64,000 nt of DNA from Octopus bimaculoides (Eukaryota). A program made the position numbers and the translations under genes. The notes under the pieces are model-generated. The model had not been told where the DNA came from and searched no databases. It worked only from the letters and a program-made list of their open reading frames with translations. The DNA lies in contig NC_068989.1 in assembly GCF_001194135.2 (NCBI RefSeq), positions 3,788,789 through 3,852,788 on the forward strand. Direction: 5' to 3'. Numbering within the stretch: position 1 is the first letter of the stretch; each line of letters begins with the position of its first letter. This document shows positions 24,360 through 37,965 of the stretch, in pieces.

Positions 24360-24580
24360 AGACGCCATCCCACTAGTTAGGCGGGCAAGCGAATAACCCC
24401 ACTGGTCGGAAGGCTATTCCGACACAAGGTTACCCATTTACTGCTGAATGTACCGGAACAACGCGAAATGAAGTGTTTTGATCAAGAACTCAATGTGCCA
24501 CCCGGTCCACGAATCGAACCCATGATCTAGCGATTGCGATTGCGAGTGCCCTCACCACTCGGCCACGCACAATCGCGCAT
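24360..24580 (-). mobile_element. tRNA-headed SINE related to family C, with a different tail
   Basis: Minus strand: A-box TGGCCGAGTGG, B-box GGTTCGATTCG, then TTGATCAAAACACTTCATTTCGCGTTGTTCC, similar to 50140-50195. Confidence 0.7.
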
Positions 24581-25069
24581 CGATAATAGGCTACATTATT
24601 TCAGCTCCACTTTCGGATACAACGACTCTGTGGCTTTTACATAAAGACATGAACATATGGCAACCTTATTTGATTGCGATTTTTCTAAAAAGTCGGAAAG
24701 ATTCACGTCTCACTGGAGTACTTTGATGTAAAAAAAAGATAAAAAATATTCTGAATAATTCAATTAATTTGGTAAATTCTGACGTGTTCGTCTTCAGTGA
24801 AAACTCTGAAGTTGTCTTGAATAATGCACTTTGATAAAGACTTTATCAAATAAACATCAGTTGCATATGTTCCTGCAATAATAGGACGGATGGATGTCGC
24901 CGTGTACATCACATGTTTGACAATAACACAACTGTACTTGCAGTGTTAATGATAATGGAAATATACGAGATGTTTACATGTATGTGTGTACGAGTGTCCA
25001 CGTGCGTCCACGTGTGCCAGTTCCTGCGTTTTTGTGTTTACGCGTTCCTACGTATGTATAAATAGTGAT

Positions 25070-25262
25070 TTCAAATATTTTAGCACCAGACATGCAATTT
25101 CGAGGAAGTATTAAGTTGATTACATGGACCCCAGTACCTCAACTGGTACTTATTTTACAGACTCTAAAAAGATGTAAGACAATATCAACCTTGGCTGAAT
25201 TTGAATTCAGAACGTAGAGACGAAGGAAATGCCGCTAACAGCTTTGTCCGGCTCGCCTCCTT
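25070..25262 (-). mobile_element. SINE family A, degraded
   Basis: GATTACATGGACCCCAGTACCTCAACTGGTACTTATTTT...TTTGAATTCAGAACGT. Confidence 0.75.
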
Positions 25263-25317
<55 letters not shown>

Positions 25318-25318
25318 C

Positions 25319-25371
<53 letters not shown>

Positions 25372-25375
<4 letters not shown>

Positions 25376-25748
25376 TTATTCATTTATTAGCCGCAAGGGC
25401 TCACATAAAAAACATTAATTGACATACAGCATGAAAGACAAAAACAGGACAATACAATGAGTTTTCCTCGTGTACACAATATAATAATAAAAACTGAACA
25501 AATTAAAACTCCCAATAGGGGAGGCGCTTTAAGGTCCGCGCGGAAAACACCACAAAACTCTATCTTTTTACAGGTGCACACTCAGAATTGGTCCTTTCAC
25601 AGTGGCCATTTTTCCAACATTTACCCACCTTTCAAAAAACTTGCTACAAGGCAACACTTTCTTCTCCATCCTCAACTTCCTGTTCAAGTGAAATTTGTAA
25701 AAGTTGATGACGGCTTGGCCAAAGAGGAAAGAGTCTGTATTTAGCTCT
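25372..25748 (-). mobile_element. L1/Tx1-like LINE 3' end (ORF2 C-terminus plus 3' UTR)
   Basis: Minus strand TDSFLFGQAVINFYKFHLNRKLRMEKKVLPCSKFFERWVNVGKMATVKGPILSVHL* (stop at 25568-25570), then a T-rich UTR ending AATAAATGAATAAA into (TTA)n; resembles the Tx1 ORF2 end F..RW. Confidence 0.65.
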
Positions 25749-25807
<59 letters not shown>

Positions 25808-26563
25808 ATAATAATAATAATAATAATAATAACAATAACAATAATAATAAGTCAAACATAATATATCGACTCCTATGTTTTAATGGTAATTATCCAGTCG
25901 CCCCACAAGGGTGAAAGGAAGAAATAGTGAATTGAAAATTAAGTGTACATCTAACGTAATTTACGCTGGGTTCAGTATGGAATATTGTGCCGTAATTTTA
26001 ATCACAATTTTCCCGCATCATCTTAAGGATCTACCAGTGAGTATTTATAGAGATTACAGTGGAATCAAATTCGGAAGAGCATCTGTGATCTCCGAGATGA
26101 ATCTTCTATCGATAATTTCTCTCAACAGTTACTGGATCAAAAAGAACAAAATTATCGTGCAATGTGTGACGATGTTAGTGTTAGAATAAGATACAAGAAA
26201 ACCCAGTAGAACACCGATTTATGGGAGCCTTTGCTTCCAAAGCCTTTCTGGATTTTTCCGAACCAAGGGAGGTAACCTTGGTTACACATTCTAAATGAAA
26301 CAAATATTAAATTTCCTTAAATTATCAAATGACATATAGATACCTGTACATTAGTGTTAATTAGTGTGAATTACAAAAACTCCAGGCAATCAGTACAATA
26401 GCTATGTAGTATATTGTGTCTGTTGTTTATATCATCAAGTGCATGCCAGAAATAATGCATATGATCACACGTAAACAGACTACAACAGACTACAATTTGT
26501 CATATTGCTAATATAAAACCTCGTAAATATTAAGTGTTTACGTTGTTCAATCCGTACATATAC

Positions 26564-26595
<32 letters not shown>

Positions 26596-27001
26596 CATAC
26601 ATACGTATATACATACGTTAAAAAATAACCACTGTCAGTTATATTGAAACATAATGCAACTCCGAATATAGCCACAAGTTCACTAATATGACTGACTAGG
26701 AATTGATAAACATTTTTATAAAGCATACAGAAAATTTTTTTAGAAATTGTCATGAATATAAAGTACGTGTTCTCCAAACAGTTTTTTTCTAAATATATCT
26801 AGATGCACAGAATTTGAGAAACTAATGTTAATGTATTTTATTTCTCTAAACATTAAAGCTTTCAAAAGTAAATAGAAAACCCACACCAAAAAGAGACGTA
26901 TAAAACAAAACAAAACATAATATCAAATACGAAATGTACAATGTTTGGAATTGCTACTAAGGTTCATAATAAGTATACTAGTAATAATAATAATAATAAT
27001 G

Positions 27002-27078
<77 letters not shown>

Positions 27079-27411
27079 CAGATTTATTGTTATAATAAAT
27101 GGAAGGAAAATAGAAAAAAGTGAGGGTTGTGATAATAACGTTGCTGATGATGATAGGAGAAAAAATATAATATGCGTGTTAATGAGCCATAGAAAAATAT
27201 CTAGATGAAGAGGAAAAGAAATTCAGCTAATAGATAAATAAGAATCGATTTCTTCGAAAGTGTACATTGGAATGGTTGGTAAGAAAATTTAATAGACTTT
27301 CGGATTTCGGCTTTGTAGTAGAAATTACATCCGCCGCAGTAAATGATAATATTAGGGAACTGTGATACAAAATGAAAATGTATGAGAATATTATATATAT
27401 ACATATACAAT

Positions 27412-27460
<49 letters not shown>

Positions 27461-27567
27461 GCGTGCGTGCGTGCGTGTGTGTATATGCATATATATATAT
27501 ATATGTGCATATGTATATGTATGTGTGTGTATATATATTTGGATATATGACTATACATATACATATG

Positions 27568-27692
<125 letters not shown>

Positions 27693-29448
27693 TTATAGAC
27701 GTAGACATACATATACATGTATATATGAGAGAGAATAGATAATTATACAATTATTGGATGCGTTCATAATTATATAGAAACATTCGCATATCAATAAGTG
27801 TTTCGGAATTATGCGAGTATCGGAAATATAGTAAATAAAGATGCAAAGCTAATAAAACTACGAAATACAAGAAATAATAAGACAGAAAACCAGGTGAAGA
27901 GTGAGAAATTATATGAATAATTTAGAAGAGAAAATATATTCATCAATAAATAAATATACAGTAAGATACGGATAACGTGGTGCATAGTAAGAGTAAGATT
28001 GTACACAATCACTACTGTTACATGGGAAATCGTTGTATATGAAGTATATTAAACACAAATGTATACTTGGGGTGATTAGAAAAATTATTGTTTCAGAATG
28101 TGTGTTTAGTAAGGCATTCATAATATACAGAATTTTATTGACTTCTATATTACAAAATATGATATTTAGTCTGTTGTGTTTCCACCTTAAAATTTACTGG
28201 TGATGAGAATTTTCCAGTTTAACTCACAGGTTTCTATTCTTTGAGTGCCAAATATATATTGAATGTGATGTGGCATTGTAGTAAACTTCTCAGTGACAAG
28301 CGTAATATAGATGTCCGATGAGCGTGGTTCCAGACGGTCCAAACCTCGAATGGGATTATCCATGATCGTTTATTTTTTTAGTCCATAAAGAATAAGCAAA
28401 AATTATTTTTCATTTGTTTCATGGTAAAGCTTCACAAGTTTAAGCTACTTTGACTAAGATTTGTCTCACCCGATAAATGCACAACGTTGTTTATAATTAG
28501 TTGAACTCCCGGCGAACGAAAAAACTATCGTACAAATTAAACTGAAACTTTCAATTTTCTGAAAGTACATATTCGGTGTTCTTATACCACCGTTAATAGT
28601 CTATCACTCTCTATTAGTGAAGGAGTACCAAAAATGGCGGTAAATGTTTACATTTATCTGTATAAATTTTCACACACACAGTACACGCATTTTTCATGAA
28701 ATCTTGTTTCAATACATACATGCACACATACATGCATACATACATACATACATACATACATACATACATACATACATACATACATACATAAATTTGCGTG
28801 TGTGCGTGGGTGTGGGTGTAAATCAGATTAAAGTGGATTCAGAAATCGTAGTAGTTTCCTCTATCAGCATTGCTGCAAACACCGGCTAACANNNNNNNNN
28901 NNNNNNNNNNNNNNNNNNNNNNNNNNNNNNNNNNNNNNNNNNNNNNNNNNNNNNNNNNNNNNNNNNNNNNNNNNNNNNNNNNNNNNNNNNNNNNNNNNNN
29001 NNNNNNNNNNNNNNNNNNNNNNNNNNNNNNNNNNNNNNNNNNNNNNNNNNNNNNNNNNNNNNNNNNNNNNNNNNNNNNNNNNNNNNNNNNNNNNNNNNNN
29101 NNNNNNNNNNNNNNNNNNNNNNNNNNNNNNNNNNNNNNNNNNNNNNNNNNNNNNNNNNNNNNNNNNNNNNNNNNNNNNNNNNNNNNNNNNNNNNNNNNNN
29201 NNNNNNNNNNNNNNNNNNNNNNNNNNNNNNNNNNNNNNNNNNNNNNNNNNNNNNNNNNNNNNNNNNNNNNNNNNNNNNNNNNNNNNNNNNNNNNNNNNNT
29301 ATATATATATGAAGGCATTCTGCATGTCATTGACAGCTGCCCGAAATACCGTCTTAAACAGATGAAATTTTGCTCTGCGTTTTGTCGAGTACAAAATCGA
29401 TTTATTCGAACGAGGGAAAAAGCAACACTGCAAATCTTCACTGTCACC

Positions 29449-29621
29449 ACAGTTCTATATCTAACAGGAGAGGAATTATGTACATTGTTTACATTTGACG
29501 GATATTTGTCCTCATCTTGTTTGTTGTTAACACCTCGTTTCGGCTGATATACCCTCCAGCCTTCATCAGGTGTCTTGGGGAAATTTCAAACTTGGTTTCT
29601 CACTCCTAAGTTATTTTTCGA

Positions 29622-29700
<79 letters not shown>

Positions 29701-29765
29701 ATCACTGCCTGGGATCGTAAAGGAGTCTTAGGGTTAGTAGCCCACGCTCTTAACCACTACGCCAT
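29449..29765 (-). mobile_element. SINE family H: tRNA-like head, (TAA)n, body with hammerhead fold, tail
   Basis: Head ATGGCGTAGTGGTTAAGAGCGTGGGCTACTAACCCTAAG...ACGATCCCAGG has an A-box TGGCGTAGTGG, a GGG-CTACTAA-CCC anticodon-like loop and a degenerate B-box; the tail also occurs at 5267-5347 and 29766-29812. Confidence 0.75.
29529..29574 (-). ncRNA. Minimal type-I hammerhead ribozyme fold; this copy has a broken cleavage triplet
   Basis: GACAC-CUGAUGA-A-GGCUG-gaggguauau-CAGCC-GAAA-CG-AG-GUGUU: stem I GACAC/GUGUU, stem II 5 bp, both conserved core boxes present; AG stands where U16.1-H17 is required. Confidence 0.7.
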
Positions 29766-29812
29766 ATGAGGACAAATATCCGTCAAATGTAAATAATATA
29801 AATAATGTTCAT
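29766..29812 (+). repeat. Inverted copy of the family H 3' tail abutting the SINE 5' end
   Basis: 29766-29797 is the reverse complement of 29484-29515 at 31/32 nt. Confidence 0.9.
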
Positions 29813-30394
29813 TGTCACCAATTTGAACGTGTCAGTCATCAACCCTTCGGTAAAAGTAGAAAGGAAAAAAGAGCTCTAGTCAACTGAAAGGGAGACAACT
29901 TGGATTATGATAATTCAATCACATTCTGAAAAGATAAGACAAGGGAAGATAAATTCATTGGAATGGCAGCTTTGCCATGCTCTCTTCACTCACTGGACAT
30001 AACACAACCAGATTTCGATTTATTGACGTCTTTTGAACAATTTACACTAAAAAAAAAATAGTCAGAAATAGGGACAGTGTTGAAACGGTAATAAAAAACA
30101 TTTTTCTTTTCTAAAAAGCTTGCTTTTTTCTTTTTAATGAGGAAGCAGAAAACTGGTTTCGAGGAGGAGAAAATGCTATCACTAATGATGGTAGTTCTAT
30201 TATGAATATGCTTTATACTGATTCCGATTCGTTACCTGAAATACGAGATTAGTTTTCGATACCACATACTCGCATACATGCGCGTACAAACACACACACA
30301 CAAAATGTCATAAGAAAAAATACAAATCTTGTTAATTGCAGCTACCCTGGGTTTCGTTGTCTGCTCTAATCCAGCTATCAAACCGTCTTGTTCT

Positions 30395-30690
30395 CAGCTC
30401 GAAAACCAGCGAAATATGTGGAAAGCCTAATATGTGGCTGCAAGATTCGGCTCTATAAAGAGTCAGAATTGGTCTCATACCTCCTCGATTGTAATCCAAT
30501 GTATTAATATGTGTGGGACACGCCGAGAAGGATACAAACCGCTCCGCCTGCAACAGCAAGGCCGAGTTCGCGGCTAAGATCAAGATGTTAGAAGATCTTC
30601 TCCAGTACACAGTGGAAAACTTATGCGCCAGGTTCCCGAACCGTGTTGAGGCCGTGGTGGAAGCTGAGGGCGGCCACGTTGAGTACACCG
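30395..30690 (+). mobile_element. Tc1/mariner (Tc1 or maT-like) transposase C-terminal remnant
   Basis: PNMWLQDSA (W.QD.AP), DCNPMY*YVWG (SPD.NP.D..VW) and LCARFPNRVEAVVEAEGGHVE (C..F..R..AV..A.GG..E). Confidence 0.8.
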
Positions 30691-32029
30691 TTATTTCACA
30701 GTCATAATCTAGTTGATCCTTTAAAAAAAAAAAAAAATTGTAAGATTTCTAATTTGAGATGAGAGATACTTTTTTGTATTCTTTGTATGCAAACTGTCAG
30801 CTTTAGCCCGAACACGCTGCAACGCACACACACACCAATACAAAAATATATGTATGTATGTTTGTGTATATGTATATATATGTNNNNNNNNNNNNNNNNN
30901 NNNNNNNNNNNNNNNNNNNNNNNNNNNNNNNNNNNNNNNNNNNNNNNNNNNNNNNNNNNNNNNNNNNNNNNNNNNNNNNNNNNNNNNNNNNNNNNNNNNN
31001 NNNNNNNNNNNNNNNNNNNNNNNNNNNNNNNNNNNNNNNNNNNNNNNNNNNNNNNNNNNNNNNNNNNNNNNNNNNNNNNNNNNNNNNNNNNNNNNNNNNN
31101 NNNNNNNNNNNNNNNNNNNNNNNNNNNNNNNNNNNNNNNNNNNNNNNNNNNNNNNNNNNNNNNNNNNNNNNNNNNNNNNNNNNNNNNNNNNNNNNNNNNN
31201 NNNNNNNNNNNNNNNNNNNNNNNNNNNNNNNNNNNNNNNNNNNNNNNNNNNNNNNNNNNNNNNNNNNNNNNNNNNNNNNNNNNNNNNNNNNNNNNNNNNN
31301 NNNNNNNNNNNNNNNNNNNNNNNNNNNNNNNNNNNNNNNNNNNNNNNNNNNNNNNNNNNNNNNNNNNNNNNNNNNNNNNNNNNNNNNNNNNNNNNNNNNN
31401 NNNNNNNNNNNNNNNNNNNNNNNNNNNNNNNNNNNNNNNNNNNNNNNNNNNNNNNNTATATATATAAGTTTGTGTGTGTCTATGTATATACGGCAAGCAA
31501 AAAATATGTATATTAAATAAAAAACAGTGATATATTAGAATAAATAAAATATTAATTATTTATCTGGAATATTCCACAAAATCTATATTGACGTTCTTCA
31601 ATACATATTTTTCGTATTACTTTTATATTTGTATCTATATTTTTTTGTCGAAATGATTTTTTTCCTGTGAATATTCTAAGCTGGGAAACTTCTCAAATTG
31701 ATTATGATTATCACATCACACTGTCTGGAAAATGTTGCTGCATCCTTTTGAACAGTGGCGGTGGCAGCGATTGCGGTGGTGTTGGTGATTGTGGTGGTAG
31801 TTACACCGCTGTGGTATGGTGGTGTGATAGTAATGGGTAAAATGTTAGCGTTTTGTGTAGGATTTGTGATTTGTTGTGAGAGAATATTTCTGCTTTAATG
31901 TCGATCATTTCTGTGATAATTCAGAAAGAATTATTGTTTGATGGTGTGGAAATGCCGTGAGGGTTGCGACAGCTGGTGGCATATTATTGGTGCTTGTTTA
32001 TGACATGTATAACAGACAATTCATATACT

Positions 32030-32222
32030 GGCTTAAAATTTTGGCACAGGGCCAACAATTTCAGAAACGTTGATTTCACTGATCCCAGTATCCAACTGGT
32101 GCTTATTATATTGATCGAGAAAGATGAAAGGCTTCGACGGTATTTGAAATCAGAACGTATGGATGGATGACATACCGCTAAGCATTTTGCTCAGCGTGCT
32201 AACGATTCTGCCACCACGCTAT
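32030..32222 (-). mobile_element. SINE family A, degraded
   Basis: AAATTTTGGCACAGGGCC...AAAGATGAAAGGC...CCGCTAAGCATTTTGCTCAGCGTGCTAACGATTCTGCC. Confidence 0.8.
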
Positions 32223-32969
32223 CTTTTGTAACATATATAGTAATATTTGTTTTGTATCGAGTTATGAAACAATTTAACATGAAACTGAAGAATTAGAAGA
32301 AACTTTTGGTAGTGTATTCATTTTGGGGAGTAGTGAGTGATGGGAGTGACTTGGAAGTTTCGGCCTTCTAACTATCCTCAGGCTGTCATCGGAATCTCAT
32401 AATTGTTCTTCTAAAAGCTTTAACATGTCCATATATATATATATATGTCTATATGAGTTAGTGGTTAAACAACCTTCTAAGGGATAATGAATATCCAATA
32501 TACTACTGGATGTATACCTATGTATTTATATCCAAATGCTTACTATTGTAGGGCAATGTCGCAATTGAATAATAGGTATGAGTGGAGATAAAGCAGAAAT
32601 TTACCTAGGATTTATAAGGCAAAGAAGAAAATGGAGAGGATAAACAAACGACAAACATCGATTATTTGTTTTGATTACTTATACATATGATTGTAATTAA
32701 TTAATAAATAGATCCAAATTAATGTTTACGGACTAATGCTTGTCGACTGATTATCTTCTCCATTTTTTCATTGCCTTAGAAGATAGGAATATTAGTAACA
32801 TACAGGAGCCTGAGCGGCCACTATCACTTTCTACCGGTTGCCGTCGAAACCTCAGCTGTTCTCGGACTCCGCACTACTGATCTCTTTTCTTTTGCAAAAT
32901 CAGTGAAATCGAGGCCCGTTAGAGAAAGGAGACCTGTGGATTGATGTGAATGTTGTAGCGAGTGTCGGT

Positions 32970-33108
32970 TGGCAAAAATGGGTTGTAATTCAGAGGCCCA
33001 AACTGTCTGTGATGTGCTCAGCCACTTGCATGTTAATTTCACGAGGAGGCTGTTTTCGTTGAATCGGTTCAACTGAGACCCTCGTCGTCGCAACCGACGA
33101 AGTTCCAG
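32970..33108 (+). mobile_element. SINE family C, 3' part
   Basis: GTGCTCAGCCACTTGCATGTTAATTTCACGAG...ACCCTCGTCGTCGCAACCGACG matches 50300-50380. Confidence 0.8.
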
Positions 33109-33778
33109 TTTTCGTTTTATTTTTTATTTTTATGTGGTGATAAGAAATAATGGTGATGGTTGCGGCAGAATGTTGTAGCTTAGGTTAGTGACCGGTAACT
33201 GTGGAGGAGATTGTGGAGGTACCAGAAGTGAGAAACGAGAGAGAGATAGGGAGAGAAAGGGAGAGAAAGAGATAGGGAGAGAAAGAGAGAGAACTATAGA
33301 GAAAGAAATATATGTAAATATAGTGGGAGAGAGAGAAAAAGTGTGTGTGTGTGTGTGTGAGAGAGAGAGATGAAGTTAAATTTTCTGTTTCCTTCTCAGC
33401 TAAACCCACTTCCTACCTGTCTACATCAAATCCACCTTTCAGCAAATTCGGAAAACAATAACTAAAATAATAACGACAGCGTTAACAAAAACCTGTAACA
33501 ACTATAACGACAATAAACAATAAACAAAAAACAAACAAAAAACACACCAAACAAACAAATTATTTATGAATAAATATATAAATAATGTAAAAATAAATAA
33601 ATATATAACATAAAATATTGTAAGAAATCAATTTTTCGCCTGACCGAAATAAAATGGCGTTTATTATAATTTAAATGGAAAATCAAGTGAGATATAGGAT
33701 AACGTGAGAGCTGATATCTAATAGAGTTATACCCTGGGGACATATTTAAAACTGCAGCAAGATCAATGGTTGGTGGCA

Positions 33779-33873
<95 letters not shown>

Positions 33874-34151
33874 TGTGTGTGCGCGCGTGTGTGTATACAT
33901 ACATACATACATATATAAGCAAATATATATATATACATATACGTATGTATATGTATAAAAACCTATATGTATATTCTTGTGTATATGAGTGTGTCTATGC
34001 ATGCATACACATATGCACACTCATATACATGTCCGTGTGTGTAGGTATGTATGTAAATATATGCATATACCCATATCCATATACATATGATATATAGATG
34101 CATATACGTTTACTCATGTATATACACATACACATTGTCGTATACACACAA

Positions 34152-34194
<43 letters not shown>

Positions 34195-34262
34195 CAGTTG
34201 CATACATATATAAATTTATATATGTATCAATTAGTGTGTACGTACGTTCTTACGTACATGTT

Positions 34263-34294
<32 letters not shown>

Positions 34295-34485
34295 GAGAGA
34301 TAGAGAGAGAGGTGGGTTTAACATACATGTATATATATATCTGTGTATATAGCCATTCATTCATGCACATCTACATACATGCACATAAAGTGAATTTTAT
34401 ACAATGAGGAACAAAAATTGGAGAGTGATATATAAATAAACAAATTTTTGACAGCTAATAATCATCGTTTCTCTCTGCTCTGCGC

Positions 34486-34543
<58 letters not shown>

Positions 34544-35309
34544 AATTTTCTATGCTGTTATGCAAGAATTTCATCGTTGAATTCGGTTATGAAGTTCATT
34601 GTTCTTAATGTGATTTATCATTATTCTTACAGACCTAGCAATCTCACATAATAGTTAATAACAGTGCCGACGATGATAATAATAATAATTCTTTCTAATT
34701 TTGTTACAAGACAATCAATTTTTGAGGAAGTGGGTGTGTCGTCTACATCGGATTCAGCACTTCAAACTTGAAAACATAAAAGTTAGCTACAGCCCCGCTG
34801 TTATTTGAACTTAGACCGTAAAACCCGCAACAAATATCCAAACTACTTACTTTGGCGCGCTAACGATTCTGCCAGCTCTGCACCTTTAATAATTTCTTCT
34901 AGTTTAGGCACAAACCCAGTAATTGTCACGGGGATGTGTCTAGTAGTTCCATTCACCTCTGTGCTTGAATGCCACTTGACTTTATTTTCCTCGGAAACGT
35001 GAATGATAAAATTGGTCCGAGGGTGATTTGACTGTAGAACCTAAGGAGCACGTAGAAATATCTCGAATTTTTTGTTTGTTTGTCTCTTATTTTCTGACCA
35101 CCTAGAACGCCAGAAACTTTGCGTCGGTATCAATGAATTAAATCGATCTGAGTACCTGATTGATTTTTTTTGTGTGGATTAGAAAGATAAATTCGATTTT
35201 TCTGTGAGTTGAACTAAGGACATTCACGGATGGAACACAATTGTACCAATGTTAACATGCAATAGGAGCTGCAAATATCTTCTACAATTCTTTATATTTT
35301 AACTTAATA

Positions 35310-35515
35310 ATTAGTTTCAAATTTTGGCACAAGGCCAGCTATTTCGGCGGAGGGGATAAGTAGATTACACCGACTCCAATACGCAACTGGTTCGTATTTG
35401 ATCGACTTGGAAAGAATGAAAGGTAAAGCCGACCTTGGAAGCCTTTGAACTCAGAAGGTTTAGGCGGGAGAAATACCGCTAAGCATTTTGCTAACGATTC
35501 TGCCCGTTCTTCGCC
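35310..35515 (-). mobile_element. SINE family A, tail type 2
   Basis: GTTTCAAATTTTGGCACAAGGCCAGC...GAACTCAGAAG...CCGCTAAGCATTTTGCTAACGATTCTGCC. Confidence 0.82.
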
Positions 35516-36400
35516 ATATAAATACTTTATATGTGTACACTGTGTTCACTCAAAACAAAAACTAAATACGGCAAAGTGAAAAAATGAGTGTTAGTTGGTG
35601 GTCAAGATATTATGAGTGCGTTATCGGAGAGAGATCGGAAGTGTATTTATATATATATATATATATATATANNNNNNNNNNNNNNNNNNNNNNNNNNNNN
35701 NNNNNNNNNNNNNNNNNNNNNNNNNNNNNNNNNNNNNNNNNNNNNNNNNNNNNNNNNNNNNNNNNNNNNNNNNNNNNNNNNNNNNNNNNNNNNNNNNNNN
35801 NNNNNNGTGTGTGTGTGTGTGTGTGTGTGACTATATTTATCTATCCATTTATCTCTCTATCAATCTATCTATCAATATATATATATATATATATATACAT
35901 ATACGCATATCTATATACATATATATACACACACATACACACACACATACACACATATATATACACACAAACACATATATATTCATTCACATATATATAA
36001 TTATGCATATGCATATGCCGTTGTCCTTTTCCAAAACGCCCTATTCTGATAACTAGTTCGATTCCCACTTAAATAATCTATTCCCTCATACGATCTTTCT
36101 AGTTACTCCCATCTCCTCGGGAATATATTAATCTTTTATTCTGCAATTCTCTCCCGCATTTACTCTCAATATTTTCTTTTACATTAGAATCAGTCATATT
36201 CCCTTGCACTGTTTTCTACGTTTCCTTCGATTTTTTTTCTCTTAGAATATATCTTCTTCTCATGTTATATGTTTTTATTTTTGTTATTAGTACAGCTGAG
36301 GAAAAGCTGTTGTGTAACATAAAATCTATTGAAATGCTACAAGTCCAGAGGCTGTAAGCTATATTCCTGATGTAATTATCGCAAAATATAGACACACACA

Positions 36401-36473
<73 letters not shown>

Positions 36474-36554
36474 TGACACGTACACATACCTATGTGCATC
36501 GATAGCATTACGTTTCATATATATATGTAATGATATGCGTGTATATGTATACGC

Positions 36555-36594
<40 letters not shown>

Positions 36595-36791
36595 ACAGAT
36601 GCATATATGCATGGATACATATATGTACATGTGTGTGTGTATTTATATATATATATATATGTGCATGTGTCCCTCTATATATATTTCATATGTATATAGA
36701 CATAAATGAATATTTATGTATATGTACGTTTATGTACATATATATTATACATATAGATGCATATGTACGTATACTGTGTAATATTTATATG

Positions 36792-36828
<37 letters not shown>

Positions 36829-36846
36829 AATATTTATACATATATG

Positions 36847-36918
<72 letters not shown>

Positions 36919-36922
36919 CATG

Positions 36923-36954
<32 letters not shown>

Positions 36955-37965
36955 AAGCCGCAAACAAAATAATTGAAAAAAATATCCAACAAGTACGAAG
37001 AATATAAGTTGAAAATAAAATGGAAGCACATTTGTTGTGACAAAATCGCAACATGAATTATACGGCTGAACTATGAAACTAGGCTACAGATTCTATTTCC
37101 GTCAATGATTTGTTCAGTGGTGAGCACTCTAAAGCAGGAAATATATTCCAGCTGAGTCCACTCGCAGACACATTTTATATTTCTCGTTGCAGCAATATCA
37201 TTTTAATTATGTCTCTTATGGATTGATTTAGAACGGTTGAACACGTAGCAGTAACGTTGTCTTGTTTTGTTCGCAGACCGGCGATAGTATATCGCAATAA
37301 TATACGCTACAGTTGTTATATGGCTGAAGAAAAAAAACTGTGAAATCGAAGAAGCTCAGATTTAAATAGACAAATAAATGTGATTAAATAATAAAAAAAT
37401 ATATACTGCAGTAAAATACAACCAGCTGTTTCTCGCGAACTAGTATTGCTTAATAACATGCAGTGTGTTTTAACTAATTGTTTCAGCTGCCTAGGTAGTC
37501 GTGGGTAGGCATAGATACTCGCGCGGGTGACTAGTACTTTATTTTATCGACCACCAAATTGCGGGGAGCTGACAGAGTTACTGGCACGTCGAACAAAACA
37601 GCGGTATTTCGTCTGACTCTGAGTTCCCACTTAACTTTTTATCCACTCGGGGTCCACATTAGTGCCTTTAAGGTGTTAGATTTCCAGTTTCAAATCAATG
37701 CGATCTTAGAAAGTGTGTGGGCGGTTCTGTTTCTCTATGGCACTTGACCCCTTGCTGTTTCACTTAGTTTTCCTGAAAATAAAGGGCAATCTGTTCTGGT
37801 AGATGAAGAACTGAATTAGGCCGTTGTTGTTGTTGTTGTTGTTATTGATGGTGGTGATGATGATAATGATGATGACATACTAAAGTAACAAACCAATGTA
37901 ATCGATGTAATCAGTTTTCCCCTCCGTTCAACATTAGCGATGTTTGTCAAAATTTCAAACAATAT

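Noticed and set aside
29696-29765. Functional tRNA gene
   Set aside because: Degenerate B-box/T-arm, no proper acceptor stem, and direct continuation into a SINE body; the same applies to the heads of families A, B and C.
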